DNA from: Candidatus Eiseniibacteriota bacterium
GTDB taxonomy: Bacteria > Eisenbacteria > RBG-16-71-46 > CAZEPH01
DNA length: 36,833 bases
Assembly: GCA_044229145.1 (NCBI GenBank)
Contig: JBGATO010000036.1
Coordinates: forward strand, 1-36,833
Direction: 5' to 3'
The number at the start of each line of letters is the position of its first letter. Position 1 is the first letter of the stretch. Made by a program: the position numbers and the translations under genes. Under the pieces are notes generated by a model. It was not told the origin of the DNA. It did no database searches and worked only from the letters and a program-made list of their open reading frames with translations. This document shows positions 9,370 to 18,375 of the stretch, in pieces.

Positions 9370-12177
9370 ATGACCCGGCTTCGTTCGCGCGGTGTGTCCG
9401 CCGCCACCCTTGCGTTTCTCAGCCTCCTGATCGTGGCAGCCCTGGCGCTGCCGCAGCTCGCGCATGCGCAAGGCACGGGCAAGTTGATCGGGCGCGTCAC
9501 CGATTCGTCCACCGGCAGCGGCATCTCCGGTGTGGCGGTGCAGATCCCGGCGCTCAAGCGCGGGGCGAACACCGGCGACGACGGACGATTCGTGCTCGAT
9601 CTCGTCCCCACCGGCACGTACCAAGTGCGGCTCTCGCACATCGGCTACACCGGCGTGACGCGTGAAGGCATCGTCATCAAGTTGGGGCAGGAGACGCGCC
9701 TCGACCTCAAGCTGAAGCCCGAGGTGCTGCAAGGGCAGGAGATCTCGGTCTCCGGCAAGAAGAAGCTGGTCGACGTCAAGGTGCCCACCAGCCAGCACAC
9801 CATCCTCGCCGAAGACATCAAGAACGCCGCGCTCAAGGACCTCAACGACCTCCTGCAGAAGCAGGCCGGCGTCGTGAAGGAAGACAACGAACTCCACATC
9901 CGCGGCGGCCGCCCGGACGAAATCGCCTACTACACGGAAGGCGTGCGCGAGAAGGACGCGCTCACCGGCTTGCCGGCCAAGAGCGCGCTCTCGCCGAAGG
10001 CGGTCAACGAAGTCAACTTGATCACCGGCGGATTCGAGGCGGAGTACAACGACGTGCTTTCCGGCGTCGTGCAGGTGCGGATGAAGGAAGGCAACCCGCG
10101 CAAGTACACCGGCTTCCTGAGCTACACCACCGACCACGGCACGCTGGACCGCGGGCAGTTCATCGACGAGTTCGACGTGCAGTTCGGCGGGCCGGAGCCG
10201 ATCACCGCCAAGCTCCTGCCGGCGCTCGGTCTGCATCTCGGCGGCGAGAAGTCGTTCTATGTCGACCTCGGCACCGAGTTGTCGAACACCTACTTCCCGA
10301 ACATCACCGACATCCCGGGCAATCACCGCCTGTCCTCCGGCTACATCGACAAGCTCTTCGGCCACAGTTTCAGCTACGGCAAGTTCTTCACGCCGCGCCA
10401 GGACAACACGTGGCGCGCGGCGATGAACTACACCTGGAAGCCGAAGGGCGGGCAGCGCTTCAAGATCTTCGCGTCGAAGCGCATTCAGATCAACCAAGGC
10501 TTCGGCGACGCGCAGGTCGGCGACGTGAACCAGGTGGCGGCGCCGAGCTATCCGTGGGCGTACCGCTACGCACTCGACCGCTACCCGACGCAGCTCGACG
10601 ACCAGAGCACGCTCGCCTTCAGTTGGTCGCAAGCGTTGTCGAAGTCGGGCACGCAGGAGTTGCAAGTGGCGCGCACCTACTCGGGCCGCCAGCGCGACGT
10701 CAACGGCAAGCTCTGGTACCGCTACGAGCAAGGCTTCGCCGACGATCTCGCGCGCTTGCGCTACTTCTACCCGGCCGGCGACAGCACGACCGAAGGGCCG
10801 GACTGGCGCAACAACTACCTCTTGTCGTGGACGGGCGACTACAAGCTCACCCGCCGCTGGAAGCACAACACCGTCGACATCGGCACCAACATCAGCTTCC
10901 AGGACGCGCAGTGGGCACGCGTCAACTGCCCGTGCGACTCGACGATCAACAACTACGGCCAGAACAACGACGTGTTCCACGTGTACCCGACCACCGGCAA
11001 CATCTTCGCGCAGGACCACGTGGATTATCAGGGACTGAGCGGTCACTTCGGTCTCGGCTTCATGTACTTCGTGCCGGGCGCACTGGCCGACCGCGTGATC
11101 GCCGACAGCACGCGCACCGACATCCTGCCGGTCATCCGCGACCAGTACTATGCGACGACGCACGCGATCCTCGGCCGCCGCGTGAAGTCGCGCTTCACGC
11201 CGCGTCTCGCGGTGTCGTACCCGATCAGCGACCAGAGCAAGTTCTTCTTCAATTACGGCCGCTACGCGCAGTGGCCGACCTACTATTACATCTACACGCG
11301 CATCAACCCGAGCAAGGCGGCGCAGTTCCCGCAGCAGGGCAACCTCTCGCTCGAGCCGAAGGTGTCGGTGAAGTATGAAGTCGGTGTCGAGCACAAGTTC
11401 ACGCCGACCATGGCGCTCAAGGTCACGCTCTACAACAACGACATCTACGACGAACTCGCGCAGCGCGTCATCAACAGCAGCTACGTGCAGTTCTACAACC
11501 GCGCCTTCGCGCGGTCGCGCGGTGTCGAACTCGGATGGCAACGCCGCCGCACCGGCTACTGGAGCGCGTCGGTCGACTACTCGTACATGCAGGCGCGCGG
11601 CAACTCATCCGACCCCAACGAAGTGCTCATCGCACGCCAGTCCGGCGCCACCGACTTCGGCGAAGACCAGCCGCGCGAAGTGAACCTGCGCTGGAACCGT
11701 CCGCACAAGATCACTACCAGCATCGACGTGCGCGTCGACAAGGATCAAGAGCAGCCGAAGCTACTCGGCGTGCGCATCCCGCGCGAGTTCGGCTTCAACT
11801 TGTACGGATCGATGACCAGCGGCCGCGCTTACACGCCGCAGTACTGCACGGACCGTTCGTGCGATCACCTGTCGGACATCGGGCCGGGGCTCGAGTACTC
11901 GCGCAACGGCAAGATGGAGCCGCGCTTCGACCTGCGCGCCGACAAGACGTGGACGTTCGCCTCGAAGCGTTCGCTCAAGCTGACGCTCGAGGTCTACAAC
12001 CTGTTCAACGCGAAGATCGCGACGCGCATCGACCCGGTGACGGGCGATGGCTACGTGCTCGGCGTCGGCGCCGCCAACGTCGACGTCACGCGGCCGTACA
12101 ACATCGCGTATTGGAGCAACCCGGGGTATTACGAGGCGCCGCGCGCGACGCAAGTCGGTCTGGAGTGGGCATGGTAA
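9370..12177 (+). CDS. TonB-dependent receptor with an N-terminal carboxypeptidase-regulatory-like domain
   Basis: AGGGAG RBS then ATG 9370; signal peptide. Domain GKLIGRVTD...; plug motifs LHIRGGR.DE..Y and TGGFEAEY...SGVV; barrel motifs PRLAVSYPISD and GNLSLEP..SVKYEVG; terminal aromatic residue (GLEWAW). Confidence 0.92.
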   Translation: MTRLRSRGVSAATLAFLSLLIVAALALPQLAHAQGTGKLIGRVTDSSTGSGISGVAVQIPALKRGANTGDDGRFVLDLVPTGTYQVRLSHIGYTGVTREGIVIKLGQETRLDLKLKPEVLQGQEISVSGKKKLVDVKVPTSQHTILAEDIKNAALKDLNDLLQKQAGVVKEDNELHIRGGRPDEIAYYTEGVREKDALTGLPAKSALSPKAVNEVNLITGGFEAEYNDVLSGVVQVRMKEGNPRKYTGFLSYTTDHGTLDRGQFIDEFDVQFGGPEPITAKLLPALGLHLGGEKSFYVDLGTELSNTYFPNITDIPGNHRLSSGYIDKLFGHSFSYGKFFTPRQDNTWRAAMNYTWKPKGGQRFKIFASKRIQINQGFGDAQVGDVNQVAAPSYPWAYRYALDRYPTQLDDQSTLAFSWSQALSKSGTQELQVARTYSGRQRDVNGKLWYRYEQGFADDLARLRYFYPAGDSTTEGPDWRNNYLLSWTGDYKLTRRWKHNTVDIGTNISFQDAQWARVNCPCDSTINNYGQNNDVFHVYPTTGNIFAQDHVDYQGLSGHFGLGFMYFVPGALADRVIADSTRTDILPVIRDQYYATTHAILGRRVKSRFTPRLAVSYPISDQSKFFFNYGRYAQWPTYYYIYTRINPSKAAQFPQQGNLSLEPKVSVKYEVGVEHKFTPTMALKVTLYNNDIYDELAQRVINSSYVQFYNRAFARSRGVELGWQRRRTGYWSASVDYSYMQARGNSSDPNEVLIARQSGATDFGEDQPREVNLRWNRPHKITTSIDVRVDKDQEQPKLLGVRIPREFGFNLYGSMTSGRAYTPQYCTDRSCDHLSDIGPGLEYSRNGKMEPRFDLRADKTWTFASKRSLKLTLEVYNLFNAKIATRIDPVTGDGYVLGVGAANVDVTRPYNIAYWSNPGYYEAPRATQVGLEWAW

Positions 12178-13181
12178 ACCTTCTGATCCGGGCGATGGCC
12201 CGCGGCGTCCGCGCCGGCGCTCTGGTGGCCGCGTGTGCGGCGATCGGGGCGAGTGCGGCGCACGCGCAGTCGCTGGGCAGCCAGCGTGTCGCCACCTCGG
12301 CGGCGACGTACTTGAAGATCGGCGTCGGCGCGCGCGCCATGGGCATGGGCGGCTCGTTCACCGCGGTGAGCGACGATCCCTCGGCGATCCTGTGGAATCC
12401 CGCGGGACTCGCGACGCTGCGGCGCCCGGTGGTGAACGCCACCGCGATCCGCTGGCCGACCGACATCGACTACGACCACGTGGTCGGCGTGCATCAGCTC
12501 GGCAACGGCGTCATCGCCGGACAGATCGGCTACCTCGCCGCCGACATCAAGGAAACCACCGAATACTATCCGCTCGGCACCGGGCGCACGCTGACCTACA
12601 GCGACTGGTACGCCGGTGTCGCCTATGCGCGCGCCTTCACCGACCGGCTCAACCTCGGCGCCGGCGTCCGGCTGCTGCATGAGGATTTGGCCAGCAGCGT
12701 CGGCGGCCCCACCGCGACATCGGTGGCGTTCGACGTCGGCTCGCTGTACAGCGTCGGCTACCGCAAGGTGCGCATCGGCATGTCGATGACGAACTTCGGC
12801 CCGCCGCTCTCGCCGGGCGGCCAGTTCACGTCGACCAACGGCGTGCAGGTGGACTACGGCCACTACTCGCTGCCGACGCAGTTCAAGATCGGCGTCGCCG
12901 ACGATCTCATCGACCACTCCGACCTGCGCCTGACCGGTGACTTCGAACTCACGCACCCGGCGGACGGAGTGGAGTCGTTCCGCACCGGCGGTGAATTGTC
13001 GATCCGCAATGCCCTCGCCCTGCGCGCCGGCTACGTGTTCACCTCCGACATCCCCGGCCTGTCGGTCGGGGCGGGCTTCCGGGGAAGCACCGGCGGGGTG
13101 TTCACGGAACTCGACTACGCGTACCGCGATGCGGGCGACCTCGGCGCCATCCACGTCCTGAGCTTGGGGGTGCACTTCTGA
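12171..13181 (+). CDS. PorV/PorQ-family outer-membrane beta-barrel (T9SS shuttle-like)
   Basis: ATG 12171 overlaps the TBDR end. Signature YLKIGVGARAMGMGGSFTAVSDDPSAILWNPAGLA; C-terminal ELDYAY...LGAIHVLSLGVHF. Confidence 0.9.
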   Translation: MVNLLIRAMARGVRAGALVAACAAIGASAAHAQSLGSQRVATSAATYLKIGVGARAMGMGGSFTAVSDDPSAILWNPAGLATLRRPVVNATAIRWPTDIDYDHVVGVHQLGNGVIAGQIGYLAADIKETTEYYPLGTGRTLTYSDWYAGVAYARAFTDRLNLGAGVRLLHEDLASSVGGPTATSVAFDVGSLYSVGYRKVRIGMSMTNFGPPLSPGGQFTSTNGVQVDYGHYSLPTQFKIGVADDLIDHSDLRLTGDFELTHPADGVESFRTGGELSIRNALALRAGYVFTSDIPGLSVGAGFRGSTGGVFTELDYAYRDAGDLGAIHVLSLGVHF

Positions 13182-14359
13182 TGCGTCGATTCCTTCGCGC
13201 CCGCGCCTCTCGCGCCTCGTGGCTGGCAGGCGTCGCTTGTGCGGTCGTGCTCGCGGGCTGCGGGCAGCGGCTTCCGCTTCCCACGCCGCCGTCCCCGCCG
13301 CCGATTCCCACCAACCAGTACGTCGTCGACGCGGAGTGGAAAGGCTACGCCGGCGTCACCGACCTGCTGCTGACGCGCTACGCATTCGGCTCGGCGCTCA
13401 TCGTGGTGCACGACTCCTCGGCGGTCGAGGCCTACTACCCGGGATCGCAGAGCAGCAAGCCGACACTGACGCCGAACACCACGGTGTTCTTCCCGGCCGA
13501 CTCGCTGTTCCGTCCGGTGCATATCGCCGAGGGCGTCGACGGTTCGTTGTACGTTGCCGACATGGGGCACCGCCGTCCGCCGGCCGACACGCTGGGCAAC
13601 ATCGCCGGTGTGTACGACGCGGGCGTCACCCGCTTCAGCGGCGACGGGCGTTCGGTGATCGGGCACTACCGCGAGCGCGTCGATCGCCACGGCAACACGC
13701 TGTTCGAGTGGCGCACGATCGACGGTGTCGCGGTGGATCACCAGGGCAACGTGTTCTGCAGCGGCCAGCTCGACTCGATCTACCGCAGCGACCTTGGCGT
13801 GTTCACCGCGCGGTATCCGCTCGGTCACGTGGTGCGCCGCTACGCCGCCGCCAACGACCAGCCGCCGACGACGTGGGTGGTGCCGGGCAGCGCCCGCGCG
13901 CGCAGTGCCGCCGCGTTCGCCGCCGGCATGTTCGCCGACGCCACCGGACTCCTGGTGGCCGACCGCGGCACCAGCGAGGTGCCGAGCCGCGTGCTCAAGC
14001 TGTCGATCGCCGCGCCGCAGAGCGCGGCCGACGGATTCGGCGGCGACGAGGGCTTCATCCAGCACGCCGCGCAGCCGGCGCCGGCGGGTGTGACCGACGT
14101 CACCACCGACAACGAAGGCAACATCTACTTCACCGACCCGCCGACCCACCGCGTGCTGCGCTTCGATGCCGATGGCACCACGCAGCTGCAGCTGGTGAAC
14201 GAACCGGGACAGGTTCCGGCAGGCAGTGCTGCCCTCGACTCTCCGATCGCGGTGGCCGCGTCGCTCTATCGCGCGCCCGGCACCGCGCTGGCCTCCGGCC
14301 GCGTCTTCGTGGCCGACCCCGTGACCGACAGGATCGTGCGCTATGTCTTCCAGCCGTAG
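13181..14359 (+). CDS. Lipoprotein with an NHL/SMP-30-like beta-propeller
   Basis: TGATG coupling; lipobox LAGC; NHL-like repeats (P.HIA.G.DGSLYVAD, GVAVDHQGNVF, DVTTDNEGNIYFTD, P.AVA...GRVFVAD). Confidence 0.8.
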   Translation: MRRFLRARASRASWLAGVACAVVLAGCGQRLPLPTPPSPPPIPTNQYVVDAEWKGYAGVTDLLLTRYAFGSALIVVHDSSAVEAYYPGSQSSKPTLTPNTTVFFPADSLFRPVHIAEGVDGSLYVADMGHRRPPADTLGNIAGVYDAGVTRFSGDGRSVIGHYRERVDRHGNTLFEWRTIDGVAVDHQGNVFCSGQLDSIYRSDLGVFTARYPLGHVVRRYAAANDQPPTTWVVPGSARARSAAAFAAGMFADATGLLVADRGTSEVPSRVLKLSIAAPQSAADGFGGDEGFIQHAAQPAPAGVTDVTTDNEGNIYFTDPPTHRVLRFDADGTTQLQLVNEPGQVPAGSAALDSPIAVAASLYRAPGTALASGRVFVADPVTDRIVRYVFQP

Positions 14360-16517
14360 GACCGCTTCCGCGACCCCGACCCGATTGCCGCGCCGCGGCG
14401 CGTGGGCCGTCGGCGCCGCCGCCGCAGCGGCCGCGCTCGCGTTCGCCGCGGTGTGCTTCGCCGCCCGGCCCGCGAACGATCACGAGGGCCCGGCGCAGCG
14501 CGCCTCCTCGGTGACCGACACCGACTCGACGACCTACTCGCAGATCTCCGCCGGCCGCCGGCCGAACGACAACAAGAAGATCTCCGACGTGGTCGTCAAC
14601 ATGACCAACTACGGCTTCATCGGCACCAACTACAGCGGGCGCGGGCCGTCGTTCGAGTATCCCTACTACGACGGCATCGGCGCGCACGTCGATCACTTGG
14701 TGCGCGGCGGTCTGTGGATCGGCGCGTTCAACACCGACACCGGCCTCAACCGCGTGACCACCGGCACCGTCGACGGCACGTACAACACGCGCACCAACAC
14801 GGCCAGCGAGTTCACGCCGCGCGAGTGGCGCGGCCGCGACGCGCTCGGCGCGGTGAGCTACTACCCGTTCCGCGTCCTCTCGAACCTGCTGCTCGACCCC
14901 AACTTCGACAGCACCGCGATCTCGAACCAGGACATCATCGCGCAGTACGTCGACTCGCCGGGCCGTTCGCTCACCGGCGACGAAGGCCACAAGCCGCTGG
15001 TCAATGGCGGCGTGCACGTCAAGCAGCGCTCCCTGGCGTGGGGCTTCGATCCGTCGAACAAGTTCGTGCTGTGCGAGTACACGATCACCAATCCGTTCGA
15101 GAGCGGCGAATTCCTCGACAGCGTGTACGTCGGCATCTACAGCGAAATGGCGAGTGTCGACAAGAATCAGTTTGCGCAGTTCCCGCCGAGCGGCTCGAGC
15201 TTGTTCGCGATGAAGGACATCGCCTACATCGACTCGCTGCGCCTGCTCGAGGAGCACCACTTCCAGTCGGCGGGATACGAAGAGACGAAGGACGGTCCGT
15301 ACTCGTGGGCGGGGATGAAGTTCCTTGGCCACTCGAAGGCAGACACGCTGGCCGGCCTCCCGACCTACACGACGTTCCACTGGTTCACCTACGACCCGTC
15401 GGACACCACGCGCAACAGCGACGCCAAGCGCTACCGCATCATGGCCGACCCGGTGCCGACCAACGCCGACGGCGTCGAGGCGCTCGAGCAGTGCGAGCGC
15501 ACCACGCGCGACCCGACGACCTGCGACCCGGTGTGCGTGCTCGCGCACGGTCCGTTCCGTCTGGCGCCCGGCGAATCGCTGGTGGTGGCGTACGGCTACA
15601 TCGGCGGTGAGAACGAAGACGACCTGCAGGCCAACGCGCGCACCGCGCAGCGTGCCTACGACCTCGGCTACCGCGTGCCACAGCCGCCCCCGTCGCCGGG
15701 TCTGGTGGTGACGCCGACGCTCGGCTCCGTCACGTTGCGCTGGGAACGCTCGCCCGAGAGCTTCGTCGACCGCAGTCGCAATGAAAACAAGATGGACTTC
15801 GAGGGCTACCGCGTCTACGTCAGCGAGGACGGCTTCAACTTCAAGCTGGTGCGCGAGATCGACAGGGTCGACTCGCTCAACTTCAACACCGGTCTCGATG
15901 TCCTGCGCGATCCGCACCCGGTGGTCTACCGCACGGTGGAAGTCGTGGATCCGGAGACCGGCCAGACCACGACGCGCGTCGACTCGACCTACTACACGTT
16001 CACCATCGACGGGCTCAAGAGCGGCTTCCGCTACTGGGTGAGCGTCACCGCCTTCGACATCGGCGACCCGATCAACAACGTCGGCCCGCTCGAGAGCGGC
16101 ATCAGCCAGAACGTTACCGTGGCGATCCCGGGACCGCCGGCCGGCGGGGACAACGGCGACGTCGTGGTGTTCCCGAATCCGTACAAGGGCACTGCCTTGT
16201 GGGACGGCCAGTTCGCGCGCGACAAGTTGATCTGGTTCGCCAATCTGCCGAAGCGCTGCGACATCAAGATCTACACGCTCTCCGGCGACCTCGTGCAGAC
16301 GATTCCGTTCGATGCCGCGACGTACCACGGCGAGAACTCGCGTCTGCTCAGCGGCGGGAGCGCGCTGTCGGCGCCGCCGGTGCTCTCCGGCACCATGGCG
16401 GGCTGGAACATGATCTCGAGTGCCGAGCAGGAAGTCGGCAGCGGCCTCTACCTGTACAGCGTGATCGACAAGGAGACGCAGAAGGTCTCCACCGGTCACT
16501 TCCTGATCATCAAATGA
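14343..16517 (+). CDS. Secreted protein with an unknown N-terminal domain, an FN3-like domain and a T9SS-like C-terminal domain
   Basis: Signal-like N-terminus; TNYGFIG..SFEYP...GGLWIGA; FN3-like VTLRWE...DFEGYRVY...GLKSGFRYWVSVTAFD; CTD VFPNPY...FANLPKRCDIKIYTLSGDLVQTI...W...SGLYLY...GHFLIIK. Confidence 0.85.
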   Translation: MSSSRRTASATPTRLPRRGAWAVGAAAAAAALAFAAVCFAARPANDHEGPAQRASSVTDTDSTTYSQISAGRRPNDNKKISDVVVNMTNYGFIGTNYSGRGPSFEYPYYDGIGAHVDHLVRGGLWIGAFNTDTGLNRVTTGTVDGTYNTRTNTASEFTPREWRGRDALGAVSYYPFRVLSNLLLDPNFDSTAISNQDIIAQYVDSPGRSLTGDEGHKPLVNGGVHVKQRSLAWGFDPSNKFVLCEYTITNPFESGEFLDSVYVGIYSEMASVDKNQFAQFPPSGSSLFAMKDIAYIDSLRLLEEHHFQSAGYEETKDGPYSWAGMKFLGHSKADTLAGLPTYTTFHWFTYDPSDTTRNSDAKRYRIMADPVPTNADGVEALEQCERTTRDPTTCDPVCVLAHGPFRLAPGESLVVAYGYIGGENEDDLQANARTAQRAYDLGYRVPQPPPSPGLVVTPTLGSVTLRWERSPESFVDRSRNENKMDFEGYRVYVSEDGFNFKLVREIDRVDSLNFNTGLDVLRDPHPVVYRTVEVVDPETGQTTTRVDSTYYTFTIDGLKSGFRYWVSVTAFDIGDPINNVGPLESGISQNVTVAIPGPPAGGDNGDVVVFPNPYKGTALWDGQFARDKLIWFANLPKRCDIKIYTLSGDLVQTIPFDAATYHGENSRLLSGGSALSAPPVLSGTMAGWNMISSAEQEVGSGLYLYSVIDKETQKVSTGHFLIIK

Positions 16518-16525
16518 GGTGGGCG

Positions 16526-18112
16526 ATGCGCGACGCGCGCACGACGGCCGGCGCGGTGCTCCTCGCCGTGGCGGCGATGGGACTGGCGGCGGGCTGCGGC
16601 AAGACTCCGGGCGAGCCCCCGGCGAACTTGGCGCCGAAGACGTATCTGTTCCTGAGTATCCCGGCGACCTCGGCCGCCGATTCCGTGCACCTGGTGCCGT
16701 ACCGCCAGGCGATGCACTGGTGGGGAACCGACAAGGACGGCACGGTCGCTGGCTACGAGTGGCGCATCGTGACGATGACGCTCGCGGGCCAGGACTCGGC
16801 GGCGAGCGGCTGGGCGTTCACCACGCGCAGCGATTCGACCTTCGACTTCCCGGCGCCCAATCCCCGCGTTCGCCGCGCCTTCGAGATCCGCGCCATCGAC
16901 GACCTCGGGCTCGCCGACCCGGCACCCGTGCGGCAAGAGCTCTATCTCAAGAACGACCCGCCGACCGCAAGCTTCAAGCGCAGTCTAGTGCCCGCCACCG
17001 TGCTGCCGTCTCTGACGGTCTACTGGTCGGGGCGCGATCCGCAAGGCGTCGGCACGCTCGACCGCTATCTGCTCTGGGTGAAGGGAACGCCGGAGGCGCA
17101 GGCCATCGTGGTCAGCGCGCCGGAGTCGTCGGGGACGCTTGGGCCCAGCATGCTCGCCGGCCCGGACGGTCCGCGTACCATCTATATCCGTCCGATCGAC
17201 CGCGGTGGGATGACGGGGGCGCTGGACAGCGTCACCACCACCGTGCGCGCGTTGGTGGGCGATGTGCTCGTCATCGATGACTGTCCGGCAGAGCAGTCGC
17301 TGCTCATTCGCGACTTCTACCCGACGCAGGTGGATTCGCTGCTGGGCGCCGGGCACCGCACCCTGATGAGGGTCGCGGCGGACCCGTTCGGCACGGCCGG
17401 TCTCGGGGCGCTGCGCTCGCGGGCGGAGGCGGACTCACTGCTCAGCCGCATGCGCTACGTGGTCTACTACCGCGAAGCCGCGAGCGTTCTGACCTCGTAT
17501 TCGCAGACCCTGCGCTACATGCAGAACGGCTTGCAATCGCTACTGGCGCGGGGTGGAGGCCTCTATCTTGGCGGGCCGGTCATCGTCGGCAGCGACTCGT
17601 CGCTGTCCTGCGGCGTGTCGACGCGTCCCAACGACTTCAATGTCTTCCCGGCCACCGGCTTCGCGCGTGACGTGTTGGGCATCAAGAGCTTCCACGCCCA
17701 CATCAAGCGTGACGCCCAAATCACCTACGACAGCAACTTCACCCTGGGGAAGAACGGGACCGCGTTCGTGCCGCTGTGGCCGTTCGCCGGCGCCGGCACC
17801 GATACGGTGGAGGCCGGGATCCGGGCCGGGGCGCGGAATCCGGCGACGTACTTCTCGGCCGAGACCTTCGAGCCGGATTCGGCGTCGGTGGCGCAGGGCA
17901 GCGTCAAGGTGCTGTGGCAAGTTCCTCCGGGCACCCTGAACGACCAGGACGCGGTGGAAAATCCCACCAACCCGTACCCGGCCGCCATCTGGTCGTCCAA
18001 GAAGGGCGGGAAGGCCATTTACCTCAGCTATTCGATGGCGCTCTCGAACTATCGCGGGAACGCCGGCCAGCAGTTCCGCAAGTTGCTCGGACTGGTGGGG
18101 ATGGCGCCGTAA
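16526..18112 (+). CDS. Lipoprotein with N-terminal Ig/FN3-like domains
   Basis: GAGG RBS before ATG 16526 (alternative ATG 16514 overlaps the previous stop). Lipobox AAGC, then N.AP.T.L...WWG.D.DG.V.GYEW...FEIRAIDD.G..DP.P. Confidence 0.8.
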   Translation: MRDARTTAGAVLLAVAAMGLAAGCGKTPGEPPANLAPKTYLFLSIPATSAADSVHLVPYRQAMHWWGTDKDGTVAGYEWRIVTMTLAGQDSAASGWAFTTRSDSTFDFPAPNPRVRRAFEIRAIDDLGLADPAPVRQELYLKNDPPTASFKRSLVPATVLPSLTVYWSGRDPQGVGTLDRYLLWVKGTPEAQAIVVSAPESSGTLGPSMLAGPDGPRTIYIRPIDRGGMTGALDSVTTTVRALVGDVLVIDDCPAEQSLLIRDFYPTQVDSLLGAGHRTLMRVAADPFGTAGLGALRSRAEADSLLSRMRYVVYYREAASVLTSYSQTLRYMQNGLQSLLARGGGLYLGGPVIVGSDSSLSCGVSTRPNDFNVFPATGFARDVLGIKSFHAHIKRDAQITYDSNFTLGKNGTAFVPLWPFAGAGTDTVEAGIRAGARNPATYFSAETFEPDSASVAQGSVKVLWQVPPGTLNDQDAVENPTNPYPAAIWSSKKGGKAIYLSYSMALSNYRGNAGQQFRKLLGLVGMAP

Positions 18113-18140
18113 CGACAGGTTGATGACCGGAAGGTCAATT

Positions 18141-18182
18141 CCGGAGGGGAGGGGGCGCCATTGGGCGCACTCTCCCCTCCGG
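18141..18182 (+). terminator. Strong GC-rich hairpin closing the TBDR-PorV operon
   Basis: CCGGAGGGGAG...CTCCCCTCCGG inverted repeat with an inner GCGC pair; no clear U-tract. Confidence 0.5.
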
Positions 18183-18375
18183 CGCTTGCCCGCAGATATC
18201 GGGAGTTGGTAGACTTAGCAGCGCGATATGAGGGGTAGTCACCCCACGCGTTCGCCCTCACGATTCTTTTTGCATTGTGGTTCCACCAACTCGCTTGGGG
18301 AGTCCACGTCGAGGCATTACGTCCGACGCACCTGCCCTGCACCTTTTGACGGCTACGCCACTGGAGATAAGGTTC

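Noticed and set aside
9094..11541. 815-aa minus-strand ORF (likewise 14130..16499, 18049..20508, 33193..34965)
   Set aside because: Antisense frames of well-supported genes, expected at this GC content.
11535..12170. N-terminal extensions in track calls for PorV (11535), lipoprotein (16199), sigma (27928) and PLD (27603)
   Set aside because: They overlap neighbouring real genes; downstream starts have an RBS or coupling, and signal peptides where expected.
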